A stretch of DNA of 63,653 bases, the filler included, from Asterionella formosa (Eukaryota), in assembly GCA_002256025.1 (NCBI GenBank). It is 22 parts of 22 records of this genome, joined end to end, with 100 filler letters (N's around TTAATTAATTAA, not from the genome) between each part and the next. Parts side by side here need not be neighbours in the genome. Positions count along the whole stretch, not along the records: positions 1 to 2,806 come from NKIB01014798.1; positions 2,907 to 5,712 come from NKIB01014799.1; positions 5,813 to 8,616 come from NKIB01014800.1; positions 8,717 to 11,519 come from NKIB01014801.1; positions 11,620 to 14,420 come from NKIB01014802.1; 17 more parts are not named here. One strand, given 5' to 3'. Positions 1 through 13,675 of the stretch are shown here, piece by piece (the first letter of the stretch is position 1; each line of letters starts with the position of its first letter). A program made the translations under genes and the position numbers. The notes below the pieces were generated by a model, which saw only the letters and a list, made by a program, of their open reading frames with translations, had not been told where the DNA came from and searched no databases.

Positions 1-974
1 TTCGAGCTCCTACACCAGCTGTTCAAACCTTGTTTTTATTCCTTCACTCCCTGTAGGAAAAATACGGATTTCATTGTTAGAAATTCAACAATAAAGAAAG
101 GTCGGCAAAGATACCTATGTTCCATCAGTTGTCTAGCGCTTGGGTTAGCATGGACCAGGACTTGTGGTTCCTATATGATTCTTCAGATTATTTTCGGATT
201 AACTCATGGTTCTTTGAGTGTTTGGTTGAGGTTTTCAAGGCGAATTATTGTAAAAGTACTGCTGACACATGAAGATGCCGTTGTGAGACTGCCTACTGCA
301 GACGAAGCCACCTTGTTTGCAACCATGATCAATCAGATATAACCACTTGTAACAAATTGTTGGAAGGGGGGGGAGCAATGGATGGTCTGAAAATTACCCT
401 GCAACAGGCTGGAAATGCGATACAGCAGAACAGCTTCTACAATGGATGGACTGATGAACACTATGTGACAAACTTGTTTCTTTTTTCGCCTGATGGCAAA
501 ATTCGCTGCTCATATTTCAATGCACCTGGTGTTCTACATGACTCCACCATGGCAAATTGGTCATTGATCTATGATCAGATTGAAACAGTTTGCAAGGATA
601 CAGGTAAAAAAGTAATTGTGGATTAAGCATTTGCATCTAAGAAATCAAATACAATGTTGAAATCGCATCAAAATAATGTTGATGCAAATGGTAATCCTCG
701 ACAAAGATTTGGTATAAATCGCCAAGCCACCTCCATCCGACAGCTGTCGGAATGGGGAATGCGATGCCTTCAAGGATCATTTCCGAGAATCAAAGACAAA
801 TTTCGTTATGAAGAAAAAGGTGAGAGAAAATTAATTCTCCAAATGAGTGTATTGCTCTACAACCTTTGTGATAGAAAAGTTGGTCAGAACCAAATTGTTT
901 CAGTGTATATGCCCTATTTGCATAGGAATGCAAACAGATATGCCATGCAATTCAAAGAAATTATTCATTCATGA
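1..974 (+). pseudogene. DDE_Tnp_4 (PIF/Harbinger-ISL2EU group) transposase pseudogene, 5'-truncated
   Basis: Joined frames read ...LALGLAWTRT...FGLT...CW/GAMDGLK...FYNGW...FSPDG...NAPGVLHDS...KVIVD*AF...RQLSEWGMRCLQGSFPR. Stops at 340-342 and 624-626, and a frameshift in the G-run at ~364-373. Confidence 0.85.
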
Positions 975-1146
975 TTATTTAGCACCACTACTTTCATATT
1001 ATATTAGAATGAATTAATTTAAGGTTATTCATCATCACTACTACTACTACCACTGTTGTTTTTTGGTGTTTGACATTGAGTTGCGGCAGACAAAGTTTGT
1101 TGTGCACTCGTCTGTAAATAAAAAATATCATGAAAATATGATCAAG

Positions 1147-1452
1147 GGTATTGTACGCTTAGTGGCACAGGATTTTCACATATATGATAGTTTTTCGATC
1201 AAAAATATGATCAATGTATCATATAATTATGATCACACAGTAAAGTTTTACCGAGCTTGAAGTATGATGAGACTACCGGTATCATAGTTATAATACCATT
1301 GCATCATATAATTAGTTAAACATGGTCATATGATGTGTATACTTTTGTCATACATCTATCTTAGCATGATCGTAATTCTCATCGATATCACTGTCTAAAA
1401 TAGGATGAAATTGATCGATATTTAGAACTATATTTAGCTAAGAATGGTGCTA
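1147..1452 (+). repeat. Dispersed TGATCA-rich repeat (copy at 61201-61600, related tract at ~33620-33810)
   Basis: GGTATTGTACGCTTAGTGGCACAGGATTTTCACATATATGATAG aligns with GGTATCGTACGCTAAGTGGCACAGGATTTTCGAATATATGATAA at 61201. Similarity persists to the end of the tract. Confidence 0.75.
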
Positions 1453-1479
1453 TGATTCAATCATATCTTAAGTGGCTAC

Positions 1480-2090
1480 AGAATGTTCTACAATGCTCTC
1501 ATCACAATGATTGTTGGTTCCGCTTTCACTTTCACTTCCACCTCCCCCAATCCAATTCTAAAGGTTGTTGTACTGGTTGCCTTGCCGTTGTTCCCCTGCT
1601 TGCTTTGTTCCATTTACTCCTGATGGATCTGAGTTTGCATTCACGCATTTTCCTATTACTATTTAATCCGTTTCGTTGTCCCAATCATACTAACAAAGAG
1701 AAGCAATTCATTGTTAGCTGTTCATGTTTTTCTTACACAACAACATTCATTTCGCTTCTATCTGCCTTCACTTACCACAAATTGAGGAAGTAACTGATGC
1801 ATATTTTTGTAGAAGAATGTGTCAGTCGAAGATTGAATGAGAAGCAAAGTATCGATCAATAAATGGGCTCCAACACTGCTGTTTGTAACTTACAAATACT
1901 GTTTGTCTACCATTATCCTGAAAGAAGCAACACATATGTGTCAGTTATTCTAACAGTTGTAGATTGATACAAAGATGGCTGATAGGCATCACTTAACGAT
2001 TTCTTTTGTCCACAGCCATTGATGGTTGGCCACGAGTCATCAAATCGAAAAGGAGCTATTGAATCACTGAAAGCAAGGGGACGAGTCATT
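1480..2090 (-). pseudogene. Degenerate intron-containing gene of unknown family (homolog at ~61600-62000)
   Basis: Minus-strand intron 1775-1690 (GTAAGT...CTAAC...TTAG). The upstream exon LLIQxxTDxxLLQxYAS is shared with contig 22. Boundaries are approximate. Confidence 0.4.
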
Positions 2091-2100
2091 CCGTAATTTT

Positions 2101-2235
2101 AATCTCAACAATTGATCATCCTGGCATATGCTCTTGACATGCTGTGATACTATACACAGCTTGTTGATTCCGCCCTTCTCCGCCCATCATATTCACTCCT
2201 TCTTAGCCGCATGGTGTATTGTCACTTCAGTTTTT
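2101..2235 (+). repeat. Dispersed repeat with an inverted copy at ~18520-18662 and a diverged local duplicate at ~2318-2455
   Basis: AATCTCAACAATTGATCATCCTG...TTGATTCCGCCCTTCTC...CTTAGCCGCATGGTGTAT matches the reverse complement of the contig 7 sequence. Confidence 0.75.
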
Positions 2236-2806
2236 CGTTGCTTGAGATCCTTCATTACAGGAAGTGGATGCAGCATGACAAGGAACATGAAAGGCATCTG
2301 CTCTTGACTTACCATCAATTGATTCCGCCCTTCTCTTCTAAGCCGCAAGTATCGCTCATTGTGCTTTATTATCACTTTCGTTTTCCGCGTCATCATCTGT
2401 GTTAATCCTTCAATTCAGGAGCAAAGTGTATGCATGACAAGGAACCACATGAAAACATGATTTCAAATGTTTCAGCCATGAATACATATATATAAAGATT
2501 TGTAAGAAGTTTAAATGTATATATAGTTGAACATTTGCATAGTTTGAAACACCCTCATAATACGGCAAATCCTGTGTATACTTTCATTAATTTTGATTAT
2601 ACATAATTCAAATATATATATACAATGCATGATGAGTTCATAGTTTTCCACGACCTGTTGAGTTTTTTCAATTTTTGTTGTGTCAATTCTTGTACCTACA
2701 AGTCAGTGGCTGATTTAATTAAGCCCCTTAATAAACGGGAGTCATCACCAATTTTTCAAATGGTCGAAATCATACATTTATGTATATAGACATATTGACC
2801 AAAATT

Positions 2807-2906
2807 NNNNNNNNNNNNNNNNNNNNNNNNNNNNNNNNNNNNNNNNNNNNTTAATTAATTAANNNNNNNNNNNNNNNNNNNNNNNNNNNNNNNNNNNNNN
2901 NNNNNN
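2807..2906. other. Artificial contig linker N44-TTAATTAATTAA-N44 (first of 21)
   Basis: Identical 100-bp linkers start at 2807, 5713, 8617, 11520, 14421, 17322, 20223, 23123, 26022, 28920, 31818, 34716, 37613, 40510, 43407, 46303, 49198, 52093, 54978, 57871 and 60763. The core puts a stop codon in all six frames. Confidence 0.99.
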
Positions 2907-3607
2907 ACGAGGTTGAATATCATTATTTCGCTTAGATTAGTATTCGCTTCTTTTCTATATATTATGTATATATTTTCCAGTATAGCACTACTGAGTAACT
3001 GTGTAGTCGCCGTGAGTAGCAGGGGAATGCATGAAGCATCATGCCATTTCAGCCTTGACAATTACAAACATAACAAATATCTCCATGCAAAATGACCCTT
3101 TGCTATTGGGTACATATATTAAGCACAATATAGAAAATACAATCATTAAAGAATGATTGTAATAATTCTAATATTGACAACGAAAATTGAAATAGCCGAT
3201 AGCGCATTTTTTAATAAATCTATAGATTCACAATTCATAACAATGATGCTATCAGCAGATTTGACACTTTTACAGTAGCTATACAACGACTACAAAGACG
3301 AATAAAACAATAACATGATTAATTAAAGCAAAAGATGTGAAACAAGTTTTTTATTAGCTTAGATTTGATTGCTTGTATTGATGCTGATGATGAGATTTCA
3401 AAATTTTTTGCTTACTGGCAAGTACCAGAATACTTTTGTCTTCATTATACTACCAGTATGTAGTCGACAATCAATACAGTATACATAACATGAGGACCAG
3501 TATACTAATTATTATCTTCATGAGTAGACAGCCAGTCAATATTTATTGCTAGCTACTGGTGTATAGTGCTGAATAGTACACATGTATACCCTATCATTCA
3601 ATTTCTT

Positions 3608-3659
3608 CCCCCTCCCCCCCCCCACCACCCACACCCCCACCCCCCCCCCCCCCCCCCCC
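3608..3659. repeat. Poly-C tract (G-rich on the minus strand)
   Basis: About 50 nt of almost pure C, directly visible upstream of the pogo pseudogene. Confidence 0.9.
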
Positions 3660-3808
3660 GAATTTGACTGATTTTACTTAGGGGGAGGGGAGGTAAATGA
3701 AGAGAACTCACTTATGAATGAAACATGTAAAATTAATCGGTTCTACAGGATGGCGTGCACATTTTTCTTTTTAATATTAGTATGAGCATTATTTCCGTAA
3801 AGTGAAAA

Positions 3809-4830
3809 ATGAGAAAGCTCTTGACATTTCATGAAAAACGCGAAATCACGGATGAAGCATGGGAACTCGTCCCTGGCAACATCAAAGCTGTTGTACGTAA
3901 GTATGGCATCAGCGCCAACAATATTCGGCGCTGGAAAGCTAACTTTCATTCTTTTGAGACTCGTTATACTGATGTAGAGGGTTTATTATTGTATGAGGGT
4001 TGTTTGTTATTAAAGAAACATTTCTATCATTTAGGCAAGCCACAGATCAATAGTGTAGCTGAATTTGCTGCGATTCGCCTTGTGGCTGTATGATCAGCTT
4101 CGTACTGATGTTTATGCTTGTTCGGTCATGTTGCTTGCTGCCAAACTGAAGCGCTTGTTGGGACATGATCTTAGCTTGAACATCATGCAACAGCGTGTAG
4201 TTTGTTGGTGCGCCTCCCATAGTAATTTTTTTGCCGTATCACCCACAAGGCGCAAAACACGCGCTATGTACTACTGCGTGTCACGCAGGAGCATCTCCAG
4301 TATTTTAGCAAACAGTTTCTTGAAGGGTTGTATCATCATCCAGTATCGTAAATATAGATGAAACAAACATTTATTTTGACATGGCGGGCGGGCTCCTACT
4401 AGCTAATAGGGGTGCCAAAACGATCAACTTCAGCACCAATGCATGGTAGCAGCATGCGTTGCACAGTGTTGTTGGGCATTTCAATGTCTGGCGAGTACCT
4501 AATGCCAGGATCTAGCGAGAATTTAACAATCATCAGTTTGATTATCCTCCACAGATGGTTCATTGTTGTCAGAAAAATTGTGGGTTGACAAGTCGATTTT
4601 TTCACTGTGGATTCGCGACATTTGGAAGCCATGGACAATCAGTCATGGCATGCAACCATCCTACCTTCTGATGGAAGAGTTTCAGGTGCATTTGATGGCG
4701 ACAAGCCTAAATGCAATTTAGGATTGTGGAACTACTGTTATCCTTTTGTGGAGAATGCACCTGCAAACTACAGGTGTTGGACGTCGGCGTCAATGAGCCC
4801 TTTAAGGGCTATGATAGCAGGGATGCTTAG
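3809..4830 (+). pseudogene. pogo/Tigger-like (Tc1-mariner superfamily, DDE_1) transposase pseudogene
   Basis: N-terminal HTH (KAVVRKYGISANNIRRWK) and a CENP-B-like HTH. Catalytic-region remnants IVNIDETNIYFD, RCTVLLGISMSGE and KLQVLDVGVNEPFKG lie across several frameshifts. Confidence 0.75.
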
Positions 4831-7514
4831 CTAGCCTATGAGAACTGGATGGTCAAAAAGTATCTACTCCTGGCCTTGAATATCCACCATTGAGAGGAAT
4901 GATGCCATTCTGCAATTCCTCTTGCTTTTCTTTCTCATCATAAAAATTTCGTGAGTGTTATATAGTTCTCCTAGCACCTGCGCAAACTTGTCGATGTATT
5001 TCATTCTTTGCGATGGCAATGCAGCAACTTCCCTGCCCAGAAACCCAACAGTGCAAAGTTCTGTGCCCTCCTTGATGTTGACGGTCTTGACTGTCTCCGA
5101 AATACATTATCAGACCAGCAAGGAATCCACCGGTAGTCAAGCTACGACACAAGCTTTCGGGTTTCCTTTGGGGAATCTTCAGGAAAAACAGCGTCTCCTT
5201 GCTTTCCACACACTGTATTCAATTCTTGCATGATGCTGAAGCACTGGAATCGCATTCTATGATAGATGATTATGTGTAGTAGCTCCCCGTCAATGAAATT
5301 CTATCTGGTGCTGATAAGGGGCTACTGTTGCGGTATAATCCAGACTCAGAACTTGTCAGCTTTGTACATCCGGTACAGGAAGTTACAAATCCAAACACCA
5401 TTGGATGCAAGTTCTTTGTAATTGAAGGCAATTCCTAGAGCTGATTCCTTTGTTGTCCAGATTTTTGATGTCTTTGCTGCAGTCCGGTTTCCCCATCTTC
5501 GCTGCTGATGGTCCTATTACAGGGATCAGCATGCTGATATCAACGAGAAAGAAATGCCTTTATTGCTGCTTAACTATGATCAGAGCACAGGTATGATGAT
5601 GTGTAGTGTGGTATTTGTCACTACAGATGTAGCTAGCAGAGAATTGTCTTGACTATATACCTGTATTCAACCATTCAAATGATGTCATTGCTTGTTTGGT
5701 TTTGTGAGCGAGNNNNNNNNNNNNNNNNNNNNNNNNNNNNNNNNNNNNNNNNNNNNTTAATTAATTAANNNNNNNNNNNNNNNNNNNNNNNNNNNNNNNN
5801 NNNNNNNNNNNNATCCTCTATCAGAACAAGCACACAGTGGTCTTCAGTTCCTTAATTTTCACTTCCGGTAGCTATTTTTAGATCATTGCCTTTTCAAAAT
5901 GAAATGAGAGAGTAAACTAAATTGATGATGTTTTATTCGAACTTGTTCTACCATTGCGAATGGCAGCAAGTCACATTCTCCAATGTTCTTGTACAACTTT
6001 CCTGTAAGAGATAATAACAACAATGTTAGCAAAACTGTTGCATCAAGTAAGCTAGGCAGCCATCTAAACAAAGATATGTGCAACGAAACAATCACATGAA
6101 CAATCCATCACTCCAATTTCCGTATGAGCAGGCAATGTGCAAATAACTTACCTGTACGCTCATGGTTGATTGTTGCTTCCATTAAGAATGGTAGCAAGCT
6201 ACATTCTCCAAGGTTCCTGTATGATTTTGAGGAGATAATATCAATGTTAGCAAAAGTGTTGCAACAATTAAAGCATCTCCAGCCACGCATGTGCCACGAA
6301 CTGATGAGCGACAAAAAAATCTAAATATTAACTACACATTCCAATCGACATAACAAGCATCAAATGAGAGTAAAATAGCTTACCTATGCTCTCACTGTTG
6401 ATTGATGGGTGACAGGGTAGCGTTGTTAACCCTCACATCTGCATATATGGAAGGGAAAGATGTTATTAATGTCGAAATCCTAATTAATGGACACAGACAA
6501 TACAAAGCCTCTGCAGCATTGTGCACAAACATATTAAGTGCGGTTTCTCACCTCGTAATTAGGTTGATTTTTATCGTTCGTCCTGAGGAAGTATAGAAAC
6601 TTTGAGTGGCAGCAGCAAACACGAACAGTGTTACAATCTTATAGTTTGCTTCCGGTTTCACATGGTACCGATCATAAGCCCCTTGGTAGCCACAGTTGAG
6701 AAGCAAAACAATCATATAACTTACCTCTTCCCACCGGTTGGTTTGATACCGGTAGAAGGCTCTCGATCACCATTCCCTCATCAGTTTGTTTTGTGGAATA
6801 GAACGCATTACCGGTATGAATTTTTTAACAATATCTCAACATTTCCTCTTCTTCAAAAAGTGTGTATAACACACGTTCTTGTATGTCTAGTAACTTTTTT
6901 GAAGGAACATTTAATACCCTACCAGCATGTATGATTAGATAAAATATACAAGACTTCACAGGAATTCGAATACGGTACCCGATATAGTTCCAGTTATCAT
7001 ATCCTATGTAGAGGACGACAGTGGACACCATGTATCATAGGTACATATACATACCGTCAAAATTTACTGGTACTTGCTTACATGATGGAGGAACACTGGA
7101 ACTTACATGATGCTCAGTAGAGTACAGTAACAGGACCTCGTACGTCACCGTTATCGAAGCAGGAACTTCCCTGGTACCAGGGTGTACCGTACATTTCGTC
7201 TATGTTCCTGTCGGTACTGTTCTAACATTTAAGTTTGGCTACAGTATTGATCAATACTACCGGTAGGTATTTGAACATGATTGAACACACTTGAAGTGCA
7301 TTATTATGATATAATGCCGAAGTACTCAGATTATAACATAGGTAGTGAATGATAAATTAACATTTCTCCATGATCTAAAATAAGAGACCAACTCCCTTTT
7401 TAATCTTGGCGCGCCAAAAACAATATCAGACTTCTCTCTTATATTATTGTTTCATTCTTTGATTTTAAAGCATCAGCGGCCCGTTTACCTTGACTCCTGT
7501 ACATTGTAATCATC

Positions 7515-8616
7515 ATGTCCGGTAGAGGAATAAAAAGAAGCGATAATTCTAGAGTTGATAACTTGTCTCAGAAGAAGTACCGCAACAGTAACCAGGATGA
7601 AAAGACTCGGGGAAAAAGCCTTCCTATTCATGTCAAACATAGCAGGCGTTTGGTTACTCCTGCAACGAAATTGTCTCATGAGTACGAAGAGTTTGTAACA
7701 AATACAACTGCTTCAACAAAGCAGCGAGATCATCATCAAGATTCAGATTCTGACGATGATGATATTTTGTCAGAACTGTCCTCTCCTGGTAACAAGAAGG
7801 TGCCGCCTTTTTATCCACCCATTCAAGGAAGGAGTGACGATTCACCAGTCACTGATAATCCAAAGACAAATATTATGGACTTACATCTCGATATTGGCGA
7901 CAATTTCAAATATATCACAGTTCCGCCTTAGTCGTGAGACAGTGATTGATCAGAAGCATCATTATCCGTTGTTGTTTTATATTCAACAACTTCATAATAA
8001 GATTGCCCTATTGGAACGCAAAATTTCCCTGAATAACTCTTCTATCAGTGGATACAAAGATTCCAGCCTTGCCACTACTGTTTATACATGACGAAGGGAT
8101 ATAGTTGCATCGATAACTTCCTCTCATGCAACCGAAGTAGTTGGTGAAAAATTTCATACTAGCTAGAAAATTTTGTCACACCCAGGTAAGTTCATGTACA
8201 CATTTAAATCTCCTCAAATCACCTTGTTTTTTATATCGTTACTAACCATTTTTTCTTTCATTCTCCTTACAGTCTTACAAACATCCTGCTGAAACATGTG
8301 CGCCAAGTAGTATTGGAATATCAAGTCCAACAAGTCATTGGTATGCAAGATTGTGCATTTCGTTCTTGTTGAAATGTCATCCCGAAATCGCTCTTGCCGT
8401 TCAGGATGATTCTGAATTGGCGGATTGCATCTGGAATGGTGCTGAAGAAGTTTCTCTTAGAGGAGCCGATTTCCTATCAGTAAGAAGTGCTAAGGAAAGA
8501 AAAGAGTACTTTGACCGTACGTTTGGAGGAATGTGCATTAAACATATTCATTACTTCCAATTGACATTGAACCATTTCATTCGTTCAGTTTTGAGTAAGT
8601 TTTTTGGATTCCTTAT
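7515..8616 (+). pseudogene. Disrupted gene of unknown family, with a phase-0 intron at 8186-8272 (homolog at 63165-63653)
   Basis: Basic and acidic low-complexity N-terminus. Intron GTAAGT...CTAAC...TACAG. Exon 2 reads SYKHPAETCAPSSIGISSPTSHWYARLCISFLLKCHPEIALAVQDDSELADCIWNG. Exon 1 carries a frameshift and a stop. Confidence 0.55.
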
Positions 8617-9700
8617 NNNNNNNNNNNNNNNNNNNNNNNNNNNNNNNNNNNNNNNNNNNNTTAATTAATTAANNNNNNNNNNNNNNNNNNNNNNNNNNNN
8701 NNNNNNNNNNNNNNNNCGAACGATCGATTCTTCCTCGTCTTGTTCGTCGTTGTCTTCATCGCTGTCAACAGTGTTGTATAAACTGTTAACTGACATTATT
8801 ATAGGGGAACTAAATCAATTGCTTCTTTACTTTCGCGAGTAGATGCTATCTGCATCGACCGTCGGAATCTTGTTGTTACTTCGATGTTCTGCGCCTCGCG
8901 CTGATGTTGAATGCACTTGTTGACTTGACGTTGTGTGTTTTGCTTTCGCAGCTATGTATCGGGAATAAAATGTTGTGAACACCATCACGGATCATTGATG
9001 GACATCAACATGACGTCGATTCACGGTTGAGGAAATCTCAAACGTCATCACCCGCACCCAAGCAAAAGGCCCGGTACCTGGTAGTGTACCGGTACGTTTC
9101 ATGCACACTTTTTCAGTTTCGACTCACTCCAAATTATTCCTCCCATGCCTACCGGAAGGGTTTGACTGGCTTTCCATTCCAAACTCTCTTAAGTAACTTT
9201 CTATTTGGTTAACTTATCATCCATTGCTAGATCCAAGTCGTGTTCTCTCCGTCAAAATCGTGCTCACCTACTTCCACTTGTAACACATGAAGCACTTTCC
9301 GTGTGCAACAAACTCGAACATTGCTCTAGTATGTCAACTACTTGAAACATGTAGAAAAAATGATACTAAGATGAAAATATTATTTTAGCCTCTTCATCTT
9401 TTCCTATAGGCAGGATGCATCCCTAAATGCCAACCTGGTTGTGGTACCAGAAATTCTAAGCTGCTTTTGACGAAGCTACATGATCAAGGAAATGTAAGCG
9501 AGTCCACAACCCAATTTCTCGTAATCTAAAATAAATAAATTTGGGAAAATCTAGGGGATTAGCATACAAATCTAGAGTCTAAAGGCCAGAACGTGTTGTA
9601 AGAGCCCTGGCATCTTGTTCGATTTTGCAGATGGAAAGTGCTCCATGTGAATAGTATTCAGGAACTGGAAGGCGGTTTGATTATAGAGTTCAAACATTGC

Positions 9701-10106
9701 TCAGCAACTTCTAGTTGTAGTCAGCAAATTCTATTCAAAGTCTGCAAATCATATAAGTTATCTGCAATTTCAAGTCGTTGTCAGCAAATTTCTAGTAATA
9801 TGTAGACACCAACTGGATCAGTAGTCGTAAACAAAAGAGTCATTTTGAAAATATCAATGGACTATTATTTATTATTTTTAAAAGAGAATCAAACAAAATT
9901 TGGTTCTCAAATCGCTCAGTGATGCCACTTCTAGTCGAAGTCAGCAAATTCTAATTGTTGCCAGCAAGTTGTAGTTGTTGTCAGCAAATTTCTAATCATA
10001 TGTAGTCACCAACGGGATCAGTACTTGTAAACAAATGAGTCATTTTGAAAACATCAATAGACTATTTTTTGATATTGTCAAATAGCGAATCAAACAAAAT
10101 TTGGTT
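9701..10106 (+). repeat. Degenerate 20-bp minisatellite (TCAGCAAATTCTAGTTGTTG-like) nested in a 200-bp tandem duplication
   Basis: Units at 9701, 9721, 9741, 9761, 9781 and at 9941, 9961, 9981. Segment 9778-9905 is duplicated at 9978-10106. Three more units lie at ~10767-10828. Confidence 0.8.
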
Positions 10107-10322
10107 TGACCCACAAATTATCATAGTGTAGCGTGTTGCATGCTGAGAAAGTGTTAAATCTTGTCAGAACTTCGTCATTTTAATTGTGCATTATCCAACT
10201 ACATAAAGAAATTCGCCTTCGGCGGCTTTAATTTTCGTTGTCATTATTAGTGATATCACAATGATTCTTCTACGATTGAATTGTATATATCATGCATAAT
10301 TTATGTGCCAAATAGCATAACA

Positions 10323-10405
10323 TTGTTCTCATTTTCCGTGGAGATATTCGTTATTTTTGTCATGGCTGGTAGATGGCATGATGCAGGATTCTCCAGCCGC
10401 TCACA
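10323..10405 (+). repeat. Dispersed repeat shared with ~19594-19685
   Basis: TTGTTCTCA...CGTGGAGATA...TATTTTTGTCATG...CATGATGCAGGATTCTCCAGCC occurs in both contigs. Confidence 0.7.
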
Positions 10406-11619
10406 ACAACTGCACTGTAGCTTAAATCGCAACATCTAAGCTAATTCAAAATAAACTAGCTTCTACAAGGCAGGGCTAACTGAGCATACCGGTATATCCT
10501 AGTAGTACTATGTAGCCATTCTTGATATGAATGATATTTGCAAATATTCCAGTACTTGGTACAGTTTTGCATCAGGCATGATAATGACTCTGACTAGTAT
10601 TTTTATAGATGTAATGTTATATATGTTCAAATCAGTATTAGCATGGCTATTAGGGGTATGTAACACATAGTAGTTGTGTATTTTCATGTATATACTGGTA
10701 TGGTACTTCATTTGCATTAGGGTCATTCCGAAAATCTATACATATTCACCCACAAGTTCTACCGGTAGTTGTTGTGAGCAGATTCTATTCATAGTGAGCA
10801 AATTCTAGTCGTTGTCAGCAGGTTCTAAATGTAGAATGATTCCTATTTGTATTCCGAAGCAAGAAAACGGTTTGCTGAACCAGTTGATCAGGCAGTAAAT
10901 CCGAGTCGTGTTCAGAGTTTAATTCTGCAAATCATCATTGGTCAATAAGAGTTACATTTTTTCATCGAAAGCTGGCCTCTCTCATCTGGCAGGCATGGGA
11001 TAATCATTGGAAGTAATTTGTAACAGAAAAGGTGCATTACTGGACTTTCATTACCCTATGCTTAGCATCCTGGTGCAACTCAACGTTTGCCTCTTTCGAG
11101 CTCTTTTTAAAGCTTACTTAAAGATTTATTTATTCCTTATCTAGTTTACCACAACAAGTAATATTCTAATTAGCAGCGCTTGACTATACATATGCAAAAT
11201 ATATTGTGGACTAAGTGTTTAATATATATATTTCAAATAATTATACATGTAGCTAGGTGCACAACAGGAGACCGACATTTGTCATTTTTTGAAGCAAAGG
11301 TCGGTACTTTAGTTTGGAATTTTGGTCAATACTGCTATGCATGCATACGTAGGGTGCCAAGAATCCGGAGATCAATTCACATGCTGATACATGTAGCAAA
11401 ATTATTCGTGCCTGTCATCGTCAGGTTGGATGGAAATTGATTCGTAGCCATTCCTCGCATATCAAGAACCATAACATAAAAAAGAATTTTGTTCTACATG
11501 CATACCGGGTTGTCTTGAANNNNNNNNNNNNNNNNNNNNNNNNNNNNNNNNNNNNNNNNNNNNTTAATTAATTAANNNNNNNNNNNNNNNNNNNNNNNNN
11601 NNNNNNNNNNNNNNNNNNN

Positions 11620-11781
11620 TCGAGCAGTTCCGGTGTCCAGAGACGTGGGATATGCGAGATCATATAGATAAGTCACCTCGACTAGATTGACATAGTTCTG
11701 CTTCTCCAGCAGATCCTGACAAGCATAAGAAAGCGGATTGCTCATATTATTGAGCTCAACAACTACTGATTGGTTGCTCAT
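11620..11781 (-). CDS. 5' fragment of a hypothetical protein (runs off the contig)
   Basis: ATG at 11781 opens MSNQSVVVELNNMSNPLSYACQDLLEKQNYVNLVEVTYLYDLAYP to the contig end. No family recognised. Confidence 0.35.
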
Positions 11782-13675
11782 GGTTAATGCCGATGGCGTT
11801 GGATCGCAATGCCAACAATCGTCCGCCAAGTGGTTTGATGGTTGCTGCTTTGCTGCTGTTCGGGCGGTGTGTTGTTGTGGCGTGCTGGCCGGTTATTTCT
11901 TTGCCTTGTGGGGCTGTTCAGGATCGTCACATGCTGTACGTCTACAAACCGGTAGATTGGACTAGTACAAATGTTTCTTTCGCTACATAGCCGGCCATTC
12001 CGGCGCGGCGCTTTCCGCGGCAAGTGGAAAATTCGCCCTTCAGGTTATTCACTTCCAAGCGATACTCTCATACGAATCAAGCGTGGATCGACCATGCTAA
12101 GGGGTGATTCAGAATGATTAATTGTTTTTCGACGAAAACGTTTCAGTTGCGTTATGTATTCAACTCCCAGTCATGAAGACAAAGAATGAATCAATATTTT
12201 TGCGGCGAACGAGCACATACCGGTATTACTATCTTACCGGTACTTTCTTTCAAAATCTCTACATTCAATTAAACAAGAATACCTATACTAATTATTTGAA
12301 TTGGACCGCCGAGCGTGCAGGGATGGCTTGCACATACCGAATCTCTCAGGAGAACCTGGTACCTGGTACTCCCTACGCATGTAGTGCGTTATGTTGTTTA
12401 CGCTATGTATGCCCTGTAAGTGCATAATGCATGGAACATTCGACATCCTTGCACAGTGCACGTTGTTTAGCATGGCATCACACAAGTTATCCTCTGGTAT
12501 TTGTCTTATCAGTGCTCTTGATGACAATCCGTCATCAGAAATTCTTTTCCTTTTTACCGCCCTCCTACGTAATCGCTGATACATAGGAAGTGGCACCTGG
12601 TTAACAGGGTACATAGCACAGCAAGTTTTAGCTTTGATAACAAGCCCGGAAAACTGGAAAAATTTGACTACGGGCGTTGTTGCATGTGAATGCACTGGTA
12701 CCATAGTACCTGGTACTCCTCCCTGGTAGTAACTGCTGTACCTGGTACCAGCAAGTTGCGGTAAAATTGCCGAAATGACGATTTGGAAATTTCGGATATG
12801 CACGCCTGTAGATCCAATACTGAAGATTATAATCTGGCTAGCTCGGAAAACGGTTATCTTTCATTCGTGGCATGATCGTTTTGAATACTATTATGCTAGA
12901 ATTTGATTCGGCAGGAACTATTTTAGGGTCAAACTCATTCCCCCAATCCAAAACCAGCCAATCGAAAAAAACCCAATCCAAAAAAATTGGGGAGTTTTGC
13001 CGGAGAGCTAGATTCCGTCGGGGTCAGATGCGGGCACAGGAGAGGGATCAAAGAACATGATAGTCGACCCCCGCCAATGAGTGCACACATCCGGGTATAC
13101 ATATAGCGGTAGCGGTAGATGCACATACGGTTATATTTATAATATATATGCTCTCTGCCTACATAACGGGTATAAGAATTATACAATCGCTCATGAATCG
13201 AACATGAGAAATTTCCCATTACCGTGATATCAAACCATGATAAAATGATTATTAATTTTCGATTTTGTACAATTGCTTTACACTTTTATTTATTTCTTAG
13301 ATAGAATATACGTGTTGCTAGCAATTAGCTAGTGAAATAAACGAACACGTCGCTTTGATATTCATTGCGAAATAGCTAAAATAGAAAATCGGCGGAAGCA
13401 ACATGGCGTTCGACTGCAACAACAATATCTCCATGATTTCTTGCTGGATCAAACCCCGAGTAGTTTGTACATAACCGTTGTACATCAAGTATACATATTC
13501 TATAATATCAGAAGCTGAAAACAACAATTGGTATCATCATTTTCATGATGTTACCATGATAGCTACTGGTACCAAACCGGCAATCATCATGTTCCAAGAA
13601 CATACATGCTTGTAGCTATTTACTAAAAACCATATATTGACATGAAATCAATTGTACCAGGGTGGTGGTACCTGG

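Noticed and set aside
4955..5520. Decayed minus-strand coding remnant
   Set aside because: Many stops and frameshifts, and no recognisable family.
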